Positions 58,348-64,000 of a stretch of 64,000 nt of DNA are shown here, one piece after another. Position 1 is the first letter of the stretch. Each line of letters begins with the position of its first letter. This DNA is from Candidatus Cloacimonadales bacterium (GTDB lineage Bacteria > Cloacimonadota > Cloacimonadia > Cloacimonadales > JAFGVF01). Location: NCBI GenBank assembly GCA_963662585.1, contig OY759729.1:2112001-2176000 (forward strand). The letters are read 5' to 3'. Both the position numbers and the translations under genes were made by a program. The notes beneath the pieces were generated by a model, which worked only from the letters and a program-made list of their open reading frames with translations, did no database searches and had not been told where the DNA came from.

Positions 58348-61300
58348 ATGGTAAAAACAAATAGAACAATAATTCTGTTCATATTGCTGGTTTGTAGCCT
58401 AAATTTAGTCGCAAGTGAATATAAATTGGGTGATTTTAAGAGCTTTTATGGCAATAAAATAGACTATTATAATCTTGGAGCAAAGCAGTTTCAAGAAAAC
58501 ATCTATTTTAGTAGTAGATTTCCAACCACTGAAGAAGAGATTGATTTCGTTAATCAGCGAGTTGGCATTATTACTAAATACAACTCAGTTCAAGCATATC
58601 CCAAAATCTATATATCTTTAGACAAATATTTTGACAATCTTTTTGCTTACTCATTTGATAAAATATTATATCAAAAAACTATGGCCTTCTTCCAAGAAGA
58701 AGAGAGAGAAGAATCAGGTGGATTGATTCCTGATTTAGTTTTTGATTTACCTAAGTTTGCCCGTTCTAAAACTGTAAAAAGAATTTTTGGAGATAAGGCA
58801 GGTAGATTGAGTTTCTTTGGTAGTGAAAGACTTACTATCTCTGCAACTAGTACTAAGAATGATAATATTGCCTTATCTGAAGGCAGTAATGCTTCTACTT
58901 TGACTCCTAAAATGGAGCAAAAACTTAATATGCAATTAAAAGGTACAATTGGTGAAAAAATCCATGTGGACCTAAAATACAACTCCGATCAAGAAGAGAC
59001 TTTCTTTGACCCTAATAACATTAATATCAGCTATAAAGGTTTTGATGATGAAATTATTCAATCAATTGAAGCAGGAGATATATCTTTAGACTTATCAGGT
59101 TCTTCTCAGTATGTGGGAAGTATCTCTTCTTCACAAGGCCTATTTGGTATTAGATCTGACTTAAAAGTTGGTGCTTTAGAATTAACTGCCATTATTAGTC
59201 AGGAAGAGGGAAAGAAGAATAAAATGACCTTTGAATCTAAGGCTCAAGCTGATTCATCAGTAGTTAATTCTCGTGATTATAGCAAAAGAGATCGCTATTA
59301 TCTAATAAATCCTTATGCACTGTTTGCTTTATACCAAGAGGGTGATACAATCCCAGGAACGACTACTCCTGTTCCTCAAGGTTGGTTAAATAATGCGATT
59401 AAATTAGATAGTAATGGTTCCATGCTAATCGTGGATGAACAAAAGTTGCCTGCAAATGGTAGCCTATTAGTCTATCTTGATGATATGAATGCAACTAATA
59501 ATACAGCAACAATACCAGGTTTTGAAGATGTGCAATCAAGTAGTCCTTTCACTCCTCAATTTGATATTCTCGAGGAGGGAGTAGATTATTTTTATGATTA
59601 TGATTCCGGTATTTTAACCTTAAATAAAACCATAAACCGTAACTATACTTTAGGTGTTAAATATACTCAAAGAGATGGTGTTGCCATTCCTAGGAATGAT
59701 CAATCCAATGATGAACAGGTGCAGGTTAAGTATATCAGAGTAAGCAATCAAGAATTTGACCCAACAATAAATCCTAACCAAGCAAATTTTGAAAATATTG
59801 ATGAAGATGGCGATAATTTACCTGATAATAGATTTTATACTTGGCACTATCAATTAAGAAATATATATAGTTTAAATTCTCGTAACATCAATAACGAAGA
59901 GTTTTCATTAAGAGTATTCACTAATGATACTGCTGATAATACTTATGATTATTATGTTCCTGAAAATATAGATAATGCTGGTTTTGCAACCCTAAATGAA
60001 TATTTACGCTTAGATACTAATGGAGATGGTAAAGTAGATGGAAGTGATTCCTCTGTAAATCTCACAAATGGTTTGATTCTTTATCCTTGGTTAGAACCAT
60101 TCAAACCTCTAGGAGACACTCTTCTTTATCAAAAAGAGAATGAGAATATCTCCTCTACTGATTATCGTTACAAGATGATTGTGAAAGGAAAAATTGGGAC
60201 TGATGAAATAACTTTAGGACAATCAAATATTCTAAGAAATAGTGTTACTGTAAGGGTTAATGGAACTTTGCAAAATGAGAATATAGATTATTTAGTTGAT
60301 TATGATTTCGGTAGAATCACTTTCTTAACAGCAGCAGGTAAAGATCCTAATGCTAAAATTGAGATTGATTATGAATTTAAATCTGGCTTTGGCCTTGATA
60401 AGCGACAGCTTTTTGGTATTAGAGCAGATTATAAAGGCTTTGATAATTTTAATATTGGTGCTACAGTTATTTATCGTTCTGAGACTGTTCAAGATAAGCG
60501 ACCGAAGATCGGAGAAGAGAATATGGAGCTATTCCTTGCCGATATTGATGGATCTTTTGAAGTAAAACCAAGATTTATGACAGATATGGTAGATTGGCTT
60601 CCTCTTATTGAAACAGATACTGATTCTAATTTTAAAGTCTCTGGAGAAGTAGCTTTTTCTGCTCCAAACATTTATGGTAATCCTGATGGCAAGAAAAAAG
60701 AAGCTTACATTGATGACATGGAAGGGATTCTAGATCAATACCCCTTAGGGATTACAAGAAAAACTTGGTCTTTTGCTTCCCAACCTGTAAATACTCTTTT
60801 AGCAAAGGCCCACACATATTGGTTTAATCCTGAAAATGTTAAACGCCGGGATGTCTATGATCCTGCGACAATGGATGATGAGGAAGAGAAAGAAGATATT
60901 AGTGTTCTTGCCTTAAAAATAGTCAAACCTGAACTTAACCAACCTGAAACGACTAATAGAAGTTGGGGTGGTATCATGAAATATATAGGTAATCAAATTG
61001 ACTTCTCAGAGAAGAAATATATTGAAATTTTAGTTAAAGTTGATACTACTTACGGGAATGGCGAAGCCAATATTAATTTGAAATTAGATTTAGGTGATGT
61101 AAGTGAAGATTTCTACACCCTAAATGGTGGAGATAATTTCCTCAATACTGAAGATGGTATCAGTGATGGAATTATTGATGGTATCTTAGATGTCAGAACA
61201 GAAGATGTTGGATTCGATGGGGTTAAGAATGGTTTACCTGGAGATGATCCTTATGATAACTTTGATGATAATAAAAATAGTGATGGCGATTATCTCTTTA

Positions 61301-64000
61301 TAAATGGAAGTGAAGGAAATAACACTTTAGATACTGAAGATTTAAATGGAAATGGTAACTTGGATATCCTTAATAGATATTTGGAGTACTCAATCCCTAT
61401 TTCTGCTACTAATAATGAGTTTCTTCAATCTGAATACAGAGGTTGGAAACTCTACAGAATTCCTATTAATAACATCAATAATTACAACATTATCACCAAT
61501 AATCCTGCAATTAATCCATCATTAAGCAAGATAAGTTATGCTCGACTCTGGTTCGAAGTAGATAAAACAGTAAGAATCAAAATAGCAGAGCTAAATATTG
61601 TAGGAAACAAATGGGAAGAGAGACCTATTTTACAAGTCAATGAGATAGATTCTGTATTTGTAGAATCATCAGTTTCTTTAGATATAATCGAATCAAATAA
61701 TACAAGCATTTTAGCCGGAATTACAGACAACCAAAAGGATAATCACTATACTCCACCTAGGGGAACTTTTGATAAAAGCAACGGAATAGAATCTTTTGAA
61801 CAGTCCCTTACTTTTACAGTAAACAACTTAAAAGAGAAGCAAATTGGTATGGTTAGAAAGAAATCCGTACAAAGTACCAATTATCTTTTATATAATAAAC
61901 TGAGATTCTGGGTTTATCCAGAGCTAAATGAAGGATCTTTCGCTACAACAGATTCATTGAATGTTATAATTAGGGTAGGTTCTGATTCTACTAGATACTA
62001 TGAAGTTAAGGAGACGATTGCTCCAATACTCTACGAAACTAAAATGAATAGGAATAACTGGGTAGAAATAGAGATAGATTTTAATGATTTAACTGAGTTA
62101 AAAAACCTGGGTTTACTTAATAACTCTAATGCTGATGAATATTATGTTGAGGGAAATAGGGCTTATCGTAAAAAGGGAGATGTTACTCTCTCCAATATCA
62201 AAGAGATTAATCTCGGAATTGAGCCTGTTCCTGGAGCTAATTATACTGGCAAAGTTTATTTTAATGATATCAGGGTGGCTGACCCATTTGAGGACACTGG
62301 CTATAAAGCAAGAGTATCTATGAATTCATCTTTTGCAGACTTTTACACAAGCTCGGTTGATATTGTCAAATCATCAAATAACTTTATTAACCAACCCTCT
62401 AGAAATGCCTCTAGTTTTACTGCTAGTCAGCAATCAACCTCTCTAAATTTCAAGAATAACTTAAAACTAAATAAATTCTTTAGCGATGATTGGAAAATTA
62501 ATATGCCACTTACTTTCAATTATACCAATACTGAAAGTATTCCTCGCTATAAGCAGAACTCTGATATCTTGAGGGAAAATTTAGATGAAGTTGAGAAGGA
62601 TAGAGAAAAAAGTACCACTGCTAAATATGATGCTAGCTGGAATTTTAGTAAAACAAAAACTAATAATCCTTGGGCTGATTATACTCTAGGTTCTTTAGCC
62701 TTATCTGCAACAGGTTCCTTGACTGATCAGATTACACCTACAACTGCAGATACAACTTATACTTGGAAGGGTACAGTCTCTTATAATCTTAATTTAGGTA
62801 ATTTACCTAGAGGATTCAGAGTTTGGAAAGATGTAAAACTTAATCTTTTCCCTAGTTCTTTTGATAATACTTTCACTCTTGATGCTAAAAATCCTCAGAA
62901 ATATGTTCTTACTAGAACAGATACTTTAGTCTATTGGAAAGATGATACATCTTCTTCAAACCTAAATACAAAATTAGCATCTACCGCCAATACTGTTACT
63001 TTTCCAATCCTTACTGGAAAAAATAAGACCTATTTGAATACAACTTACAAGCTCACCACAACTCGTGATCTTATGTATGATAATCGAGTAAATGATATTA
63101 ATATTGGTGAGGAAACAAAATATAATCAGATAATGACTTATAGCTTCACTCCTGACTTATTTACCAATATTTGGAACTTCTCTTCTAATGGTGAAGTTAG
63201 GTTTAATGAAAAAAGAACTCAAAAATCTAATATAGCTTCTGTAATAGAAGAGGAAGGAATTCAATTTAAACATGATGGTGATGTTAATAGAAGTCTCAAC
63301 TTTAACATGACTTTACGAAATTCAGACTTACTTTCTAGTCTCTCTACAAGCATGGAAACTAAAAGAACAGCTAAAGAAGCAGCTAAAGTAGAGAAAAACC
63401 TCCCATCCGAAGATGATAAAGGAGTATCTTTACCTGAGGATAAAGACCCTGAAGCAAAGGTTGAGCCTGAGTCTAATCTTGATGAGAAAGAGAAAGAGCG
63501 TGAGAGAGAAGCAGATGATGCTCGAGAAAGAGAAAAAGAAAAAGAAAGATTAAAACAAGAAGAAGAAAGAAAAGCTATTGAAGCAGAAAAAAAGCGAGCT
63601 TCCCAAGAAAGTGAAGATAAAGCAGATAAAGATCTTTCAGTTAAAGATCGTAAAAGATTAAGAGATCTGCAAAATGAAGAACAAAAAATCATGGGCACTA
63701 TGAATGATAAATTGAGTCCTGAAGAAAAAGATAACTTTGTTCAAGAATTAGATAGAATAAGGAATGAAATAGCTCAACTATCTAATGAAATTTACACACC
63801 TGACGATAGTTTTAAAGATGGCAAAGATCAAGGTGACAAAAGTGGGGGAAGTAAGGAAGATTCTCCGCAGTTCAGATTTGGACTTACAGATATAGTAACA
63901 TTCTTAAGTAAGGTTGATAATTTAGATATATCATACTCTAATGATTATTCTATGAACTATACAAACTTAGAAGAAAGACCTGATTATAACTTCCAGTTGT
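58348..64000 (+). CDS. sprA: T9SS outer-membrane translocon SprA/Sov homologue (runs off the window end; absent from the ORF track)
   Basis: Read manually from ATG 58348: signal peptide, then QKLNMQLKGTIGEKIHVDLKYNS...YKGFDDEIIQSIEAGDISL...SQGLFGIRSDLKVGALELTAIISQ, ENIDYLVDYDFGRITF, AYIDDMEG and GWKLYRIP. The same frame still reads as protein at 63.3-64 kb. Confidence 0.88.
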   Translation, partial: MVKTNRTIILFILLVCSLNLVASEYKLGDFKSFYGNKIDYYNLGAKQFQENIYFSSRFPTTEEEIDFVNQRVGIITKYNSVQAYPKIYISLDKYFDNLFAYSFDKILYQKTMAFFQEEEREESGGLIPDLVFDLPKFARSKTVKRIFGDKAGRLSFFGSERLTISATSTKNDNIALSEGSNASTLTPKMEQKLNMQLKGTIGEKIHVDLKYNSDQEETFFDPNNINISYKGFDDEIIQSIEAGDISLDLSGSSQYVGSISSSQGLFGIRSDLKVGALELTAIISQEEGKKNKMTFESKAQADSSVVNSRDYSKRDRYYLINPYALFALYQEGDTIPGTTTPVPQGWLNNAIKLDSNGSMLIVDEQKLPANGSLLVYLDDMNATNNTATIPGFEDVQSSSPFTPQFDILEEGVDYFYDYDSGILTLNKTINRNYTLGVKYTQRDGVAIPRNDQSNDEQVQVKYIRVSNQEFDPTINPNQANFENIDEDGDNLPDNRFYTWHYQLRNIYSLNSRNINNEEFSLRVFTNDTADNTYDYYVPENIDNAGFATLNEYLRLDTNGDGKVDGSDSSVNLTNGLILYPWLEPFKPLGDTLLYQKENENISSTDYRYKMIVKGKIGTDEITLGQSNILRNSVTVRVNGTLQNENIDYLVDYDFGRITFLTAAGKDPNAKIEIDYEFKSGFGLDKRQLFGIRADYKGFDNFNIGATVIYRSETVQDKRPKIGEENMELFLADIDGSFEVKPRFMTDMVDWLPLIETDTDSNFKVSGEVAFSAPNIYGNPDGKKKEAYIDDMEGILDQYPLGITRKTWSFASQPVNTLLAKAHTYWFNPENVKRRDVYDPATMDDEEEKEDISVLALKIVKPELNQPETTNRSWGGIMKYIGNQIDFSEKKYIEILVKVDTTYGNGEANINLKLDLGDVSEDFYTLNGGDNFLNTEDGISDGIIDGILDVRTEDVGFDGVKNGLPGDDPYDNFDDNKNSDGDYLFINGSEGNNTLDTEDLNGNGNLDILNRYLEYSIPISATNNEFLQSEYRGWKLYRIPINNINNYNIITNNPAINPSLSKISYARLWFEVDKTVRIKIAELNIVGNKWEERPILQVNEIDSVFVESSVSLDIIESNNTSILAGITDNQKDNHYTPPRGTFDKSNGIESFEQSLTFTVNNLKEKQIGMVRKKSVQSTNYLLYNKLRFWVYPELNEGSFATTDSLNVIIRVGSDSTRYYEVKETIAPILYETKMNRNNWVEIEIDFNDLTELKNLGLLNNSNADEYYVEGNRAYRKKGDVTLSNIKEINLGIEPVPGANYTGKVYFNDIRVADPFEDTGYKARVSMNSSFADFYTSSVDIVKSSNNFINQPSRNASSFTASQQSTSLNFKNNLKLNKFFSDDWKINMPLTFNYTNTESIPRYKQNSDILRENLDEVEKDREKSTTAKYDASWNFSKTKTNNPWADYTLGSLALSATGSLTDQITPTTADTTYTWKGTVSYNLNLGNLPRGFRVWKDVKLNLFPSSFDNTFTLDAKNPQKYVLTRTDTLVYWKDDTSSSNLNTKLASTANTVTFPILTGKNKTYLNTTYKLTTTRDLMYDNRVNDINIGEETKYNQIMTYSFTPDLFTNIWNFSSNGEVRFNEKRTQKSNIASVIEEEGIQFKHDGDVNRSLNFNMTLRNSDLLSSLSTSMETKRTAKEAAKVEKNLPSEDDKGVSLPEDKDPEAKVEPESNLDEKEKEREREADDAREREKEKERLKQEEERKAIEAEKKRASQESEDKADKDLSVKDRKRLRDLQNEEQKIMGTMNDKLSPEEKDNFVQELDRIRNEIAQLSNEIYTPDDSFKDGKDQGDKSGGSKEDSPQFRFGLTDIVTFLSKVDNLDISYSNDYSMNYTNLEERPDYNFQL

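Noticed and set aside
58671..63698. Listed short ORFs in 58.6-63.7 kb
   Set aside because: All are shadows of the long + strand sprA frame starting at 58348.

Overview
AT-rich bacterial window, most likely from Cloacimonadota or a related FCB lineage. This is inferred from the many secreted proteins ending in a YPNPFNP...YNxKGQ...WNG...SG(V/I)YF...K(M/C)ILMK T9SS-type C-terminal domain (CTD) and from a SprA/Sov homologue. Left to right: a REP-like repeat cluster; the rnfCDGEAB operon; a SAM methyltransferase; CIRCE-preceded Hsp20; a gingipain-like C25 protease flanked by ~140-bp direct repeats; and a HigB/HigA-ImmA toxin-antitoxin pair. Next is a ~28-kb secreted-protein island (15.3-43.5 kb) built from two copies of an apparently uncharacterised module: an ECF-like sigma factor with a C-terminal extension, divergent from a 67-68 aa secreted microprotein, followed by a large CTD-bearing enzyme that differs between the copies. 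The intergenic spacing is identical (110 bp) and a bipartite motif is conserved. Each module is followed by tandem, mosaic paralogues of CTD-bearing beta-propeller or beta-helix proteins. Further right: an Rrf2/cupin/SBP-like/G3E-GTPase/ABC-ATPase/Cys-rich/hcp cluster with no permease; an FGE-sulfatase-domain lipoprotein pseudogene; three tandem small membrane paralogues; an M6 metalloprotease; coaX; and sprA running off the right edge. Intergenic DNA carries several REP-like palindrome families. No rRNA, tRNA, CRISPR array, transposase or reverse transcriptase was recognised. All family assignments are from motif recognition by eye, not database searches.
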